Shown in pieces: positions 48,949 through 62,719 of a stretch of 64,000 bases of DNA. The notes under the pieces were generated by a model. The model was not told the DNA's origin. It searched no databases and saw only the letters and a list, made by a program, of their open reading frames with translations. Origin of the DNA: Takakia lepidozioides (taxonomy: Eukaryota > Plantae > Bryophyta); contig CM060731.1 of NCBI GenBank assembly GCA_030704615.1, forward strand, positions 62,868,001-62,932,000. Reading direction: 5' to 3'. How positions within the stretch are numbered: the first letter of the stretch is position 1; each line of letters opens with the position of its first letter. Made by a program: the position numbers and the translations under genes.

Positions 48949-50221
48949 TTGTGCACGGAGCCTTTGTGCTCAGCCAAGGGGAAGAAGGTGATAGCACACC
49001 GACAAGGTAGCACCTTAGTCCACTGCTACCGATTGGTGGTTGTATATACAATTATAATGTATATAGGTATATATATTAATTAATTAGAATAAGATTTCAA
49101 ATTTTATAATATTTTGATAATATATCATTTCATTATAACCTGATGTTGTCCTCACCTAAACGTAACTTCTGGCATTGTTGTGTATTAACATATTGTACCA
49201 AAAATAAATAAATATACCTGGATCCGGAGGGTAAGTTAACATTTTAAAAAAAGTCAGCTAAAAGCTTTTAACTGAATTCTCCTCATAGGCTTTGTACATT
49301 CACTGGACGTTAAAGAAACTTTATCTTTATCGTACCCCCCTCTACATTTGTAATGGATTTAGCATGTTGCAAAATTGTAAGTGAATGTTTGGGCTGCCCA
49401 TCCTTGACTCACCCCAAGAGACATATCTCTAGTGAAAACTCTGAAAATTTGTGGAAAAGAGTTTATCTGGTGAACCCAAAAAATTAACCAAAAACAACAC
49501 TGTATGTTAGGAATTTCCATATATATAAGAAAACCATAGAAATTTCCCCTAAAAAACTGATGGGGGGTTTTTTTTTTCCCCCTCTACTAAATCGTTATAA
49601 TCTCCCAATTTTCCCAAGTTATCTAACTTTCTATACTATCCATTTCCATGGATGTTAGTTTTATACCCTTCGTTGTGCTGGAGGTTCGCATTTTGCAAAA
49701 ATGGACTTGGGCAATTAGGTAAAATACTATATGGATCCGACCAGCTACTACAAACTAGCTCTTGCAAATGGCCAGGTCGCGCTCCTGATATTCTTACACA
49801 CATTTGTTGCATCGATAGAGAATTGCATAACACCATCATAACATAACGTGATGCACATTGGCGTGTTGGAGATGCCCGAATACGCGTTAAGACATGCAAA
49901 GCTTGTGGCTTACCAACCTCCTTGGGGGTATATTCCAATGTTGGGCGGGTATAATGGGTTTAACCCCTAAACTTTAAAGGACCATGCGACCCATTTTGGG
50001 CCTCAATATGTCATTAGGGGCCTTGGATCTAAACCAAATGGGTCCCCACAAATTTTAAAATTCAACTGAAAAGATATATTATCACAATATTATAAATCTT
50101 ATTCTTATATATATTATAATTGTACATACAACCACCAATCGATAGCAATGGACTAAGGTGCTACCTTGTCGGTGTGTTATCACCTTTTCCCCCTTGGCCG
50201 AGCACAAGGCTCCCTGCACAA
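48949..50221. mobile_element. Non-autonomous TIR element (~1.27 kb, ~150-180 bp imperfect TIRs)
   Basis: tgtgcacggagcc...caccgacaaggtagcaccttagtcca.tgcta.cgattggtggttgtat is inverted at ~50110-50221. The interior is AT-rich and non-coding. Confidence 0.8.
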
Positions 50222-50419
50222 GTGAAAGATGCTATTTTTTCCTCTCACTTTAACTAAGGGCCAACTTAATTTGTGACGGTGGGGTGTTTCTATTCTTTAA
50301 AATATATTCACGATGTTAAACTTGCTAGTTTCGCATGTGTGGTTGACATACCGTCATTTTACTAAATATATATGTATTTACATTAATGATCATGTGTACC
50401 CAAAGACAAATGAAGGGCC

Positions 50420-53400
50420 AATCCTCCATAAAAGCCCAATTTGCTGTTTTTCGACAACAATGGAGAGTACGGTCCGAATTGAGTCAAATTTCACGACAGG
50501 GCTGAATGTTTCTTGATAGTCGATTCCAGCCTTCTGAGTGAAGCCTTTCACCACCAATCGGGCCTTGTACAAATCGATTATTCCATGCTGGTTGAACTTT
50601 AACTTAAAGACCTATTTATTTCTGATCAGCTTATGCCTTGCTGGTAAACTGCACATCGACCAGGTATTGCTTGCTAGCAGGGAGTTATACTCTTCCTGCA
50701 TGGCAGCCTTCCAGGCATCCTTCTCCGGGCTCTGCATCGCTTCTTCCACTATGAGAGGCTCATCAGGGCATTTGAGATCGGCCTCTAAGATTTCTGGCTC
50801 CTTAGGATTAGAGAAATCATAGCTGTACTGGTCGACGCCAGTGGCAACATAAGCCCAATCCCCATAGCGTGTTGGTTGTCGTCTGCTACGACCTTGATAC
50901 GGCACTGGCTCCGTGGTGATGTTAAGGCTTGCTGGGGCATCGATGAGAATTAGTTACTCTTCTGTAGCACCCCCTAGTCCATCAGTCGCTACTTGTATGT
51001 CTAGTGGTCTCCAGTCTAGAGTTGCAGTGTCACTAAGTGTGATATCCTCCCACTTCGCAAGTGTGTTGTCTGGTTCTAGGTTTGAGCCGCTTCGCTTCCG
51101 CACGGTTCCTCACTGGGACTATCGAGATTGTCATTCCCGGAGTTAGATGTAGGGAAGCTAGGTAGTACATAGTTGCTCGACTGTAGAGGCACTATGAGTG
51201 CTTCAGGTGACCCCAAACTGCTTGGTTGCTCCAGAAGAGTGAGCGTCGCCATCTTCTGTATGGCTACACGTCTCTGGGTTCACCTCTCACCGCGGCTTGG
51301 AAGATTGACTGCTCATCGAATATAACATCGCGGCTCTCCTGATAAGTAGTTGCACCAAAAATCCTCAGATGAGAAACTGAGGGTCGCTTGCAGTGCCATG
51401 CTTCGAAAGGTGTGATGTCTTCCAGAGTGGATGTACCATACCGATTAAGTGTGTATATTGTTGTATGCACAGCCTCCCCCCAAAACTTCAGGTGGACTTG
51501 ACTGGTGCTGATCATGCTCCGCACGGCCTCTATTACAATCTTGTTTTAGCGGTGCCGTTCTGTTCTGGACCATATGGTACTGTGTACTCTCCGCCTCAAT
51601 CCGAACGAATGGCCTTGATCGTATGTCCCGTCTCACGGCTGAGGGTGGCAGAGTATTTCTTGAGGCAATCTAACACCTCAGACTTCTTCTTGATGCAGTA
51701 AGTGACTGTATACTGAGTGAAGTCGTCTTTGAATAAGACGTAGTTCAGGCATCCTCCCATTGTCGGAAAACATGGGGCCACATACATCAGTATGGATAAG
51801 CTGCCCTGCCACTGTTGACCGAGCGTGATCCTGAGTGGTGGGAAACGAGAGCCGTTTGCTCTTCCCAAACACACAACCCTCACAGAAACTTGGTTGGTTA
51901 TTACTGAGTTCAAGCCCATCTACCATTTCCGTATGTGCCATCTTCTGAACCAGAACATGATGAACGTGGCAAAGTCTGTGATGCCATACCTCTAGACTCT
52001 GCGTCGATCTCTTTGCTACTTCGGTGTTGAAAATGTTTGCGATGCATGCTGTCTCGGAGGGTGGCTCTGCTACGATCATCAGCTTGTACATTGTTCATTC
52101 CATAATGCCCTAATTCAGGGTCTCTCCAGCCTGCAGGCATGTTTTGTGTGTATGGTATCAAAGTTGAGAAGAGCAGCTCGCCATACGGAGAAAAGGTTTC
52201 TGCCCAAGCCTGAAACGTGTAGGACATCTTTCATGACTACAGTCTCCCACTTGTGTCCGTTGTAGGTGCGAATGTTGATGTTGCCTACACCTTTGACTGG
52301 CAGCTTGATCCCTCTAATGCCTTCAACCTTACGGCCTTGAGATGAAATGTCATTGTAAGTAGCAAATCAATGCTTCTGGTTTATCATATGCTCCGTGCAT
52401 CCGCTGTCCACTATCCACGAGTTTACATCAACAGTCTACGAGGTTGCCATGTAAGCTCGAAGGTTGATATTACCGCTCTTGTTGCTCTTCGAAGTTGAGC
52501 AACTGTTCTCTTTCTTCGACGCTGGTTCAGTACAGTCACGGTGGTAGTGGCATGTGTTCCCGCATTTCCAACACTCCGCATTCTTTTTACGTTTTTTTAA
52601 CTCCTTCTTCCTCGCTTGCCGCTGCTCGTATGTGAGTGACAGCCGGTTAGTCCCTTCTCCGCGCTTTGCATCTGTTACGAAAGCTGAAGCAGGTGAAGAA
52701 GTCGCCTCTCGTTCTTTCATCTCGTTTATTCTAGTTTCCTCTCGAATCAGCCTGATGAGGAGGTTGTTAAGAGTCTTGTCTGTTGTCGCAGTGAGCCTAT
52801 CCCAAGAAGAATAAAATAAAGTATCTATACTCATCTGGCAGATTGCCAAGAACTTTCGCCATGACACTCTTGTCCGTGATACTAGTCTCCCCCATGCGAG
52901 CTGACTCTTGAGAAGCTCAATCTTGCCAAGAAATGAAGCGATTGTGTCTCCAGCCTCCATCTTCGCTGCAAAGAACTTCACGGTGAGATTGTGCACACTC
53001 TCGTTGGCACGCTGAACCGTCTTCAAGATCTCCCAGATCTGGTTTGCCGTGGTGCGACTCATCACCAGCTCTAAGCGTTTGATATCTACCGTTTGTGACA
53101 AAAGAAAATACCCCTGACTGTCTTTCTTCATCCAGGCTGCCAATGCTTGCGCATCTGCAACCTCAGGCTTCTATTGGGTACCATCGACAACTCCCATGAT
53201 CTCTTTTCTTCAGATGTGGTAGTTGTCGCCCTTGAAAGCCTAGATGTGGCTAGCCTCGCTACGCCCACTATGTTCCGTCATTGCGGACCAAGAAACCTTT
53301 AAACTACGTTCAAACTCTCACTGCTGACCAAAAAAAAAAAAAACTTTCACTGACACAAAAGGTAGACCTCTATTCGACGACAGTACTGTGTAACTTAACG

Positions 53401-54042
53401 ATAAACATTCTTGCAACAGTACTTAAGCTCTAAGAGCAGTACTCTCCACTAACACTAGAAATTCTCAACCAATACTAGAATAAGTGAAACTCTCATTTAA
53501 CAGAAATGGATCCTCTTAGCAGTACTTTCACTCGTAAAAAGCAGTACTCTCCACTGATACTGGGATGGTCTTCAAGGCACTTAATTTACACAAACTAAAA
53601 CGGTATTACTTGTTAAAGATAGTCTGTCAGAAGCTAGAGGCTAGGGCTCATAACCTATTTGGAGTGGCTAAAAACAGGCATACATAGCCATGACACTGAC
53701 TCACTCACGAGTCACACATACACCGAATGTACCACAAACCTCATTTGAGTGTATTGATCTCTGAGCACAAAGCACAGCTTTTGGTACAATACGTCCACGC
53801 ACAGGACAACGGCTTGATCAGCTCACTAGCCTGACAGTGCTAACCACGATGCTACACACTGATAACTTAGCAAAAGGTAAGGGAGACGGTTTCATTAGTA
53901 CTACAGGCTGATGAGCAGGAAGGAGGCTCATGATGGTTTTCATGCTGCCTCCCAGAATTCAAACGATACCCGGTGTTAGCCATGATACCCGGTGAACCTC
54001 ACCCATACATCGCTGATAGCTTCGCTACTGGGGTTAACAACA
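50420..54042 (-). mobile_element. Truncated, degenerate Ty1/copia LTR retrotransposon (gag-PR-IN-partial RT, 5' LTR only)
   Basis: gag zinc knuckle CWKCGNTCHYHRDC, protease-like WIVDSGCTEH (~52390-52420), GAG-pre-integrase WHHRLCHV...CEGCVFGK, integrase LIHTDVCGP / IRSD / FWGEAVHT, and RT start [25 protein letters not shown]. Putative LTR 53656-54042. Confidence 0.92.
53644..53655 (-). other. Primer-binding site complementary to the tRNA-iMet anticodon stem-loop (half-tRNA priming)
   Basis: The minus strand reads GGTTATGAGCCC directly after the putative LTR. This is the Ty5/Drosophila-copia-type PBS rather than TGGTATCAGAGC. Confidence 0.75.
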
Positions 54043-54325
54043 TATATTTTCTTATAGTATCAACAACCAGGACAAAGGCTTTGCGGTCTGGGAGATCTCA
54101 ACGTACATGCATACATACATACAAACAAACAAAACAAAACAAAACAAAACAAAACTAACTAACTACCTTGCTGAGCATGTTGATGATTTCACCCTTAGTT
54201 AGGGCTAATACCCTGATAGGTATTTATTTCATTCCCATACATACCATTTCGGGACCATAGAGGGTAAAGGTATACTGGCATATAAATATAAGACCAAGTG
54301 CACACCACGTTATGTATGTGGGATA

Positions 54326-54388
54326 GGATATACCTGGCGGGTATATCCGGGTCACTAGAAGATATACTTTACCAACACCGGTATATTC
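54326..54388. promoter_or_regulatory. Cluster of three P1BS (GNATATNC) PHR-binding motifs upstream of PHO1
   Basis: GGATATAC 54326-54333, GTATATCC 54341-54348 and GTATATTC 54381-54388, plus a one-mismatch AGATATAC at 54360-54367. The cluster is about 1.05 kb from the PHO1 ATG. Confidence 0.72.
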
Positions 54389-55404
54389 ACATACCTGTTT
54401 GCCCGGGCTCAAAGGGTTGCTCACCATTCTCGTGTGGCCCCGCTTCCAATGCTTCAACTGAGAGTGTCTCTCCTTTCACTGTTCCCAGCTTTACAGACTC
54501 TCAAAAGTTCCCATATTTCCAGAAAATCTGTCTCATGCAGAGCTTCACGCTAAGTTGTAAATCACTGCATGTTTGCACAGTGATCTTTCTTTCCCCACTG
54601 GAGTTCCCGGATTGAGTTGTTCACTACAACCTCCCAGCTGATTAGTGTGCAGCGGCGTGACTTTCAAGTATCGGTTCATTTCCTTGTCCCACTCGGACAC
54701 GGCTCTGTGAATCTCTGGTCGAGCAAGTTATAATAATGGGTAGATTAATGTAGTGTTTCCCTACCAGTTGAGTTGTATCCACATTTGGCATGATCTCACC
54801 CGAGAAGAAACAAGGAACTTTATCATAATCGGTAGAGGGAAGCGAAGGGTGGCCCAAATGCCCCCAAAAGATGGGTTTAATCCATGACCCCACTGTGGCA
54901 GGTGGCTTCAACTGAAATCAGGCGAGTGGTGCATGTGCAAATGACACGGTCTCGAAGAAACATGCAAAGTAGACAGACAAGGCGGTTGTCCGCTTTCTGC
55001 TGGGACCCAGATGTCTAACTCCTCCATGCTCATAATGTTTGTGGGGAAATAATATTCCAACGACAGATTATACTCGAAGATTCCCCGGATCAGTAATACC
55101 GTCACTGCCAGCCGCCAACTGCTTCATCTTTGCAGCACCTCTCTCATGGACCCACCGGAACCATTGTATGTTTCACATGTTGAGGTCGGCGTGTCCAGCA
55201 TGCGCCTCATTGGGTAGAGAAATCTCTAGGAGGACGAAGGATTCAAAGGTCTCAAAAGTTTTCCGAGCGTAGTACTTAATTATTTGCTACCCACGCTTAA
55301 TCCCTTGAATGTTTGACAACATTCGACATTCACGATCTAACAACTTACATACATCTGAAGAAATTATACTGAATTGGACCTTCGCCCCTGCCCGCGAGAA
55401 GTCT

Positions 55405-55647
55405 ATGTTGAGGACAAAAGAAGGTCGGTGCCATGGTGAAATTCTCGAAGCAGCTGGAGGGGCAGCTCATCCCAGAATGGAAGGATGCGTACTGCAATTA
55501 CAAGCAGCTGAAAAGGGATGTGAATCGCGTCAAGCAACACCACGGCATTCATGGGTCCTTCACACAGACTGGTTCTGTAGGTCTCATGAGATCACTCGGA
55601 ACAGTGACGGCTTTGGCCAACATGGGCGCCAAGTCCAAAGGAACTGA
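55405..55647 (+). promoter_or_regulatory. Out-of-frame uORF overlapping the PHO1 start codon
   Basis: ATG at 55405 lies 28 nt upstream of the main ATG, with another in-frame ATG at 55309. The frame stays open to TGA at 55645-55647 inside exon 1. Confidence 0.5.
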
Positions 55648-58600
55648 CTCAGGGAAAATCATGGTAAGGCACTGATCTTTAACGTCTAGAACAAGTACCT
55701 TCTAATATCGAGTGAACAAATTCAAATCTGTGCAAATGTGTTATATAATTTACGTTGTCAAACTCATGAATACTAGGCTGTCTCCCTGGGTTCACATATG
55801 AGTGAAGCTTGCAAGCACACAGCTAGACAGTCCTGAGTTTTATGTCGGCATCTGGTTGATTTGGAGAGAATTATAAGACTTGTCTAAGAAAGCGACAGAG
55901 AGGGTGAGCCTGGGCATAGAGAGATTGAAAGACAAGGACAGACAGAGCTGTGGAGGCGAGCGGAGGATTTCCTCTCTGGATCAAGAGTGCTGTACAAAAC
56001 GAGACAGCAAAACGTAACCATGTGTATCTTATAAATTACCGGTGTACAGGTACACATGAAGAGAGATTGGCACAAGGGAGAAGTCTATGAAACTGAGCTG
56101 CTGGAGCCCCTTGCGTACGCCCAGCAAGACAAAACCTTCTTCACGAGGCTGGATGCACAGTTAAATAAGATCAACCACTTTTACAAGGCAAAGGAGACCG
56201 AATACGTTGAACAGGCTTGCCGACTAGAGAGGCAGATGTGGGCCTTGTTTGAAATGCAGGAAGCACTTGCGCGCCAAGGCTTTGAGGTTCACGGATTTTC
56301 CAGTGATATGGATGAGTGCAGTACCGAGAACGGTGGTCACGCTGGTGGTGAGTACAACTTTCAGACCTTGGGGGACCCTTGCAAGTCTCGTGTACACGCT
56401 GATAGAAATAGAATTTCCCAATTGCAACTGAGCCTGCATTCAACTGTTTGAAACTTGCACTGAATTCACGTAGCACGGGCCCGGAAGTTTGTCCAAGCCG
56501 TAGTCGAAGTCAGTACCCGCGACGCTCGTGACCGTGTTATGTTGGAACACATGTGCAGGACCACTCCTTCTACAGATAACTGTTAAGGGAGATGATCATT
56601 ACCTTCTGCAAAACAAGAGGCGGCCCTCCACAATCAAAGATTCAGACGGATACAGTCATGAAGAATTGCAGATTATAACGAACTTGATTGAAAATAACAG
56701 AGTCTCCACAGACGACCGGTCAGACTTGGAGGAGACTGAATCTGGTTGCACGGCTTCACAGAAGAGAAATGGATCAGATAGTTGTAACACTGTACAATTT
56801 GCTAGCTCCAATATGGAGGATCCGTCCGGTGAGAAACATAGACCCCCATTTGGCGTACAGAAGGAACTTACCGGGCCAAATAATTCGGACGCATATTCGA
56901 GTATCCAAAATGAGACCAATCAGGACACGAATAGTGATGATATGAACTCGAGGTCGGAGAACACCAGGGAGAATCAAACTAGTTACAGCCCAAGCAAAAT
57001 CGGACCTATTCCGAGGAGCACTATCCAGGACATGATCGACATGGATCTGAGCAAGAAGAATGTTCGACATGCTGAAAAAATGCTGCGTACTGCATTTATC
57101 GAGTTCTATCGAGGCCTGGGCATGCTCAAAAGTTACAGGTAGCACTTGAGCATCATTTTCATTTACTGCACTGCACGACTGGAGACCGAGTCCATATTGA
57201 GAGATTGATCAGCTCAAACTTCATGATTTAGAACAGTGGATCATATATGCTTAAATCACGTTCTGTTCTAAGATGCCCTATTAAGATTATTAATGGATCA
57301 GGGGTTGGTCCATTGCCTGCAGTTCTCTAAACATGGTGGCCTTCGCCAAGATTTTGAAAAAGTACGATAAAGTGACGAGATGGAATCTGGCACCCTTGTA
57401 CATCAAGGAAGTGGAGCGTTCCTACTTTGCATCTTCAGACAAGGTACAAGTTGTTCGGCTAGTGACGTGCTGCTAAATCGAGTTCAATTGTGGTTGTTCG
57501 ATCAAGCTAATTATGGGCGGTGTATTACATCAAACAACATCGTTGCACTGACGTGCATCAAAACTGCTTGAAAAAAACAGATAACAAAGTTGGTGGCTAA
57601 GGTGGAGGATATCTTCATCAAGCATTTCTCAGAAAGCAATCGACGGAAAGCCATGGCTGAATTGAAGCCCATGCAGCAGCATGGCGGCCACAGCATCACT
57701 TTCTTCTTGGGTACTTATTTTCCCTCTAGGTTCAAACGATAGTGGAAACTATTGGACAACCCATGGTGAATTTTGCCCGTGTACATAATCTGAGCCTTAA
57801 TTAGTCAGCGCTTGATCGACACATCTTCCCAATTATGTGTGGGAAAGTATGTTCTTCTTCGAGATCTAGGACTTCACAGTCATGTATACATCAACTCGCA
57901 TAATTTTCGATACGTGCAGGATCTGTTCTATGTCTACATTTTGGTAGAAATTTTCCAGGAGGTGAAGATATTTTAATTGCTCGAGCGGTCAGTGATAACT
58001 TGCTTTCTGTTGAACGTCGCAGGGCTATTTTCAGGCTGTTCTGCAGCGCTGCTGGTAGCATTCTGTATTTTATTCCTATCCTCGCCATCCTTGAAATCTG
58101 CAGCGGGCAAAAAATACATTCAGCCCCTTTTCCATGTTTCCAGGTACGTCTTTAGAGCTCCATCTCAGGTCTCTTCCCTGCTCACAAGTTACTTCAACAT
58201 TTCTGGTCATGGGCCTCATCTCCATGTTTGATGGCTGGATTGGCAGTGCTCTTGCTCTCGTGCTCCTACATATGTATATGTATGGATGGAATGTCTATGC
58301 CTGGCAGCGAGCTCGCATCAACTACGCATTTATCTTCGAGTTCTCCCCACGCTCTGACCTCCGCTACCGTGAAGTTCTGCTTGTGTGCACGGGGTCTACC
58401 ACCGTCTTACTCGCATTTATGGTCACTCAGGTCATAGCCAGCAAGGATCCTTCAACGTCTTATGCCTCAAAATTCATCCCGTTGGTGTTGGTCCTGGTAA
58501 GCCATGCAAGGCTTTTTCTCATATATACTACTCCATTATACCCTCCAGTACTCGAATGGGCTGTCATGAGTTCAGATCTATTGCTCCAATATGAGAGGAA

Positions 58601-60775
58601 AGACGGGATCAGGAGATCCCAGAGAGCTCTACGTGCACATGTTTAATTTTATGTAAAATTTTGGATACATATGCATGCAGGTGTTCTTGGGACTTCTCCT
58701 GCTCCCTCTCAACATACTCTACAGGTCATCGCGCATCTTCTTCCTGCGATGCGTTCAGCATATCATATTTTCGCCCTTGTACAAGGTATACACGTAGATA
58801 TCTGTATTAAGTTAACTAGTGATCTATAATGCTGGATTAAACCAGATTCTTCGACAGTTTGACGAGATATACAGTTCGAACGCAATTTATTATACAAAGC
58901 CTGATTTCAATCTAATCTTTTCTTGTCGTTCCTCTATGCTGCAGGTGGTGCTGGCGGACTTCTTCCTGGCTGATCAATTCACCAGCCAGGTTGCTGTCTT
59001 TCGACAAGTTGAATTCATTCTATGCTACTACTCTGGCGGATTTTTTGTATCTCGTGATGCTGGTGTCTGCTCCGAGAACGATGCATTCCAGGGTCTGATG
59101 TATCTGTTCTCCTTGGTCCCGTACTGGTGGCGGTTCTTGCAGGTACTTAGTCTCTTCCTCCATTGGTCTCTGTTATGGCATGATCTTCGACGTTCATGAT
59201 TCAACTCTTGTAAATAGTATATTGGTGGGAATTTCTTAACACATACATGAAGTAGCAGGTTTATGATTCGAGAAATGGCGATAACTCAAGTTTCAATTGT
59301 GTGGGCGTTGCTAGTGTCTGAGAAGGTGGAGGGACGAAGGAGACAGAATGCAACTCTACAATGCTGGAAAATACCTGTCGGCTATGGTAGCTGTAGCAAT
59401 CAAAGAAATATACGTGAGCAATTACGCCGGCACTTGGTTGACGTTTTTCATCATTTCATCAATATTCGCAACCCTCTATCAGCTCTACTGGGATTTGGTG
59501 ATTGATTGGGGACTGCTCCAGCGAAAATCTACGAACCCCTGGCTACGAGACCAACTCATCCTCAAGAAGAAACAGCACCGTTACTTCATCTCGATGGTAT
59601 TTATACAATCATGAAATTTCTGGAGCCCAAGTTTCATATTTGCAAGATGTGGAATGTGCCTACGATTCTTTAAGTTCTGAACGTTAGAGAATCTTAGATC
59701 TTGATCTTTACTCCAAAACACCCGAGCATCTGTTGGGCCTTCCCTGATTTGTTCCTCTCGGCTTTTTTAATCCGACGTTCATTAGAAGTTTTGCAATTGA
59801 TTAACTGGCGTGTATGCTCAGGGGGTGAATGTGATCTTAAGACTGGCATGGCTGTCATCAATCATGCGCATTTCAATCCCTGGATTTACTCAACAGACAT
59901 GGGATCTCATCTTTGCTGCAGTTGAAATCATTCGACGCGGTCATTGGAATTTCTACCGGTATGCCTCGGCAGAACACTTTCAACTCCTCCCGTGGCACAA
60001 TTTGCAAGTTTGGTGTACTTGGTCTTAGAGTGTGATATGGGGGAACAATGTCAGGCTCGATAGCGCAATATATATTGGGTTGATTTGTTGGGAACACATG
60101 ACCAAATCAAGCAGTAAATTCTCTTTTTTTCTTGAGGTGTAGGAGAGGAAGGGGACCTTGATAGAATGTAGACGCTGGTTACAGTCGTACCCTTGCGGCT
60201 ATAGACCTCGAGCCGAGTTTGAGGGGAACAATAGGAACAGACGCTACCTTTGTGAGGCAGTAATTGGTTCGGGCTTTCCAGATTTCCTATAGGAAGCCCT
60301 TCTCGTGCACTTGAGCATCAATCTGCTGTGTGAGCTGAGATTGGGGACCCTGAGAGAGAGGGAGATGATAGATTATTGAGGGCCCCAGCCTACCTTACGA
60401 GCAAGCATGTTCAAATCTTCTACTTAGTCAGAAGCATGGAGCTTTTCGGAGAAAAAATTATGCCGTTGCCACTACATAATATTCCTCTAGAGCTATAGTT
60501 ACATATGTACAAATATATTTAACAAGTGTCCTGTTGACTTCAGATACTTCAAGTGGCAAATTATGTTGCCGCAAAAAGTTCATCATGTGTGTATCTCCAT
60601 GTTGTTCACATATTGTTTCGTGATTGTGATATTCAGGTGTGGTTCAAATTAATGGAGCCTTCTTGTCGATGTGTGCAGATTGGAAAACGAGCATCTTAAC
60701 AATGTGGGCAAATACAGGGCGATCAAGAGTATGCCCTTACCCTTCAAAGAGTTTGACAGCGGGATAGTCTGCTGA
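55433..60775 (+). CDS. PHO1: Phosphate exporter PHO1 family (SPX plus EXS), 12 exons
   Basis: Approximate exons 55433-55663, 56050-56347, 56559-57138, 57323-57443, 57581-57710, 58023-58143, 58246-58495, 58681-58785, 58945-59142, 59315-59596, 59822-59958 and 60679-60775. Motifs [55 protein letters not shown] and [23 protein letters not shown]. Confidence 0.95.
60166..60342 (-). mobile_element. Diverged copy of the intronic LINE family in the last PHO1 intron
   Basis: agtttgaggggaacaataggaacaga...ttccagatttcct...gcatcaatctgctgtgtg matches 7627-7772. An imperfect TSD reads ggggaccttgataga (60151) and ggggaccctgagaga (60343). Confidence 0.7.
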
Positions 60776-62719
60776 TCCACAGTGGCCTTCTACTCCACCC
60801 TCGAAGCGTGGATTCAACTTTTGATCGATTTCAAAGCAGTCGTTTTAAACCCAGATAAATATGGACAGGATGTCTGTCGGCTCGTGAAAGAGGCCCAACC
60901 CTTAGTCCAGTGCAAACGGGGTGCAAATACTTTTAGTTCAGATGTTACAAAAGTTTATAACAGCGGTATTTAGTCTAGAATTTCGATCAAGACATTAGCA
61001 GTGCGCACCCCCCAAATGTCATCTGTCAATTGTCTCTAGCAGCAAAACTTGATGCCTAAGAGCCCGAGAAACTTCACGGACGACGCCATTGCCAACCAGC
61101 TCATTGTGCGATCCGCAAATAGAGGTCTGATTCGAGCATAATTGCGTGTGTAGCGTCTGCGCGCACGCCTTTGTCATCGCCCAGCAGATATTACCCTACA
61201 TAGCCCCCCTCTCTCTCTCTCTTAGCATCCACTAGTCATCACCACCCATCTCAAGCACCTTGTTGAGGTCTGCTAAGGACCCATCAACCCCTGCAACACC
61301 ATCTTGGTGATCCCACGACGATTACAACGCATCGTCTGGTCGGAGCTGGTGGGACCTGTTTATTTTACTTGTCTTCCTCCGTCCAAACACGTTTGATGCT
61401 ACTTACATCTAGACTGCCAACGTCTGTATAAAAGAGATGTCACGAAAATTATATTTGTATCCATGTGGAAAGTACCTATCTCTTGCCAACAGTGACAATG
61501 ACCTGTGTAATTCCAACTTCGAGTACATCTCACTGTTATAAAGGATTGGGGACCTTGCTCTCCTTGCAAGGTCTCTCTGCAGTGGGAGTTGCAGTCCATA
61601 TTTGAAAGACCTGACATGGCTGCGGTGGTGGTGCATGCAAGCAGAGAGTTTAGATCGCACTCGGAGCTCTACTTCAACATCCCTAGTGGATTAATTGGAT
61701 TAATTACCTTCTCCTCTCGCATGCCTACTAGAAATCCACAATCAATGTTCACACGGGCATATGTAGTGCTTTGGAGGATCGAGCTTCACCAGCTCTCAAG
61801 TATCCAAGAGATTCCGTAAACCATCCTAGCTAGAAGAGACCACCCATATGCTCACTATCTTCTCCAACGAGGAGAAAATCACTATCCAATCTGGACCATC
61901 TCTTTGTAAGTAATGAGGCTACAAAGCAATCAAATCTGATCCGTAAGCACCCAATTGTTTTGACATTTGCAAATTTGGTTTCCAAATATTTCAAGCCTTC
62001 CTCCCATATATGCGACTGTTGTCGTCACCTTTTAAATGTGAACTGGTTAATGACCTCTAGGATCAATGGATCCCACGACAGGCTGATGCAACCTAGTCTG
62101 CCAGTGCTTGCAACCCACAATTACTCGACCCACCCAAAGCATGCCATTTGGATAGTTAATCTTGTTGATACACCCTAATAAAGGACAGTATATTGTTTTA
62201 CAACATTTGAATCACCTTTAAAGACATGCAACGGCCTCGATAAACAGGTAACGCTGGACAGGACTGATTCCATTTTATACTTCCATATCTGAAAGTTGTG
62301 GCCATTGAACTTTTAAAATTTATACTACACATTCATATCTGATCAAACATGCAATCTGCACCATTCAGTGCTCTCTGATCCCACTTTCATCTCATTTTCT
62401 GCATACAGTATCACACATCGAGTTCCTCCTGTGCTACAAGTCAACAACAGCGGAAAACCATCACACTATATATTACTTTTGGCGGCAATTGTATAGTTCC
62501 AATCTCACTGTTCTCAACTCAATATTCCAAGGGTGAGGAAGTGGCAGGCTCTCAATTGAGCCAGATCGGATAGGGATTTGTCTCTCACAACGCGTTACAA
62601 TGAGGTATGACAGATCATCCAGCTCGTGCAACCCCAAATCTCCGGCTCCACTTTCGCTGTGGGAATCTTAAGCCAAAGAAAGTTCTGTAAAGGGAGCGTT
62701 AAGTACTTTACAGATTCGA

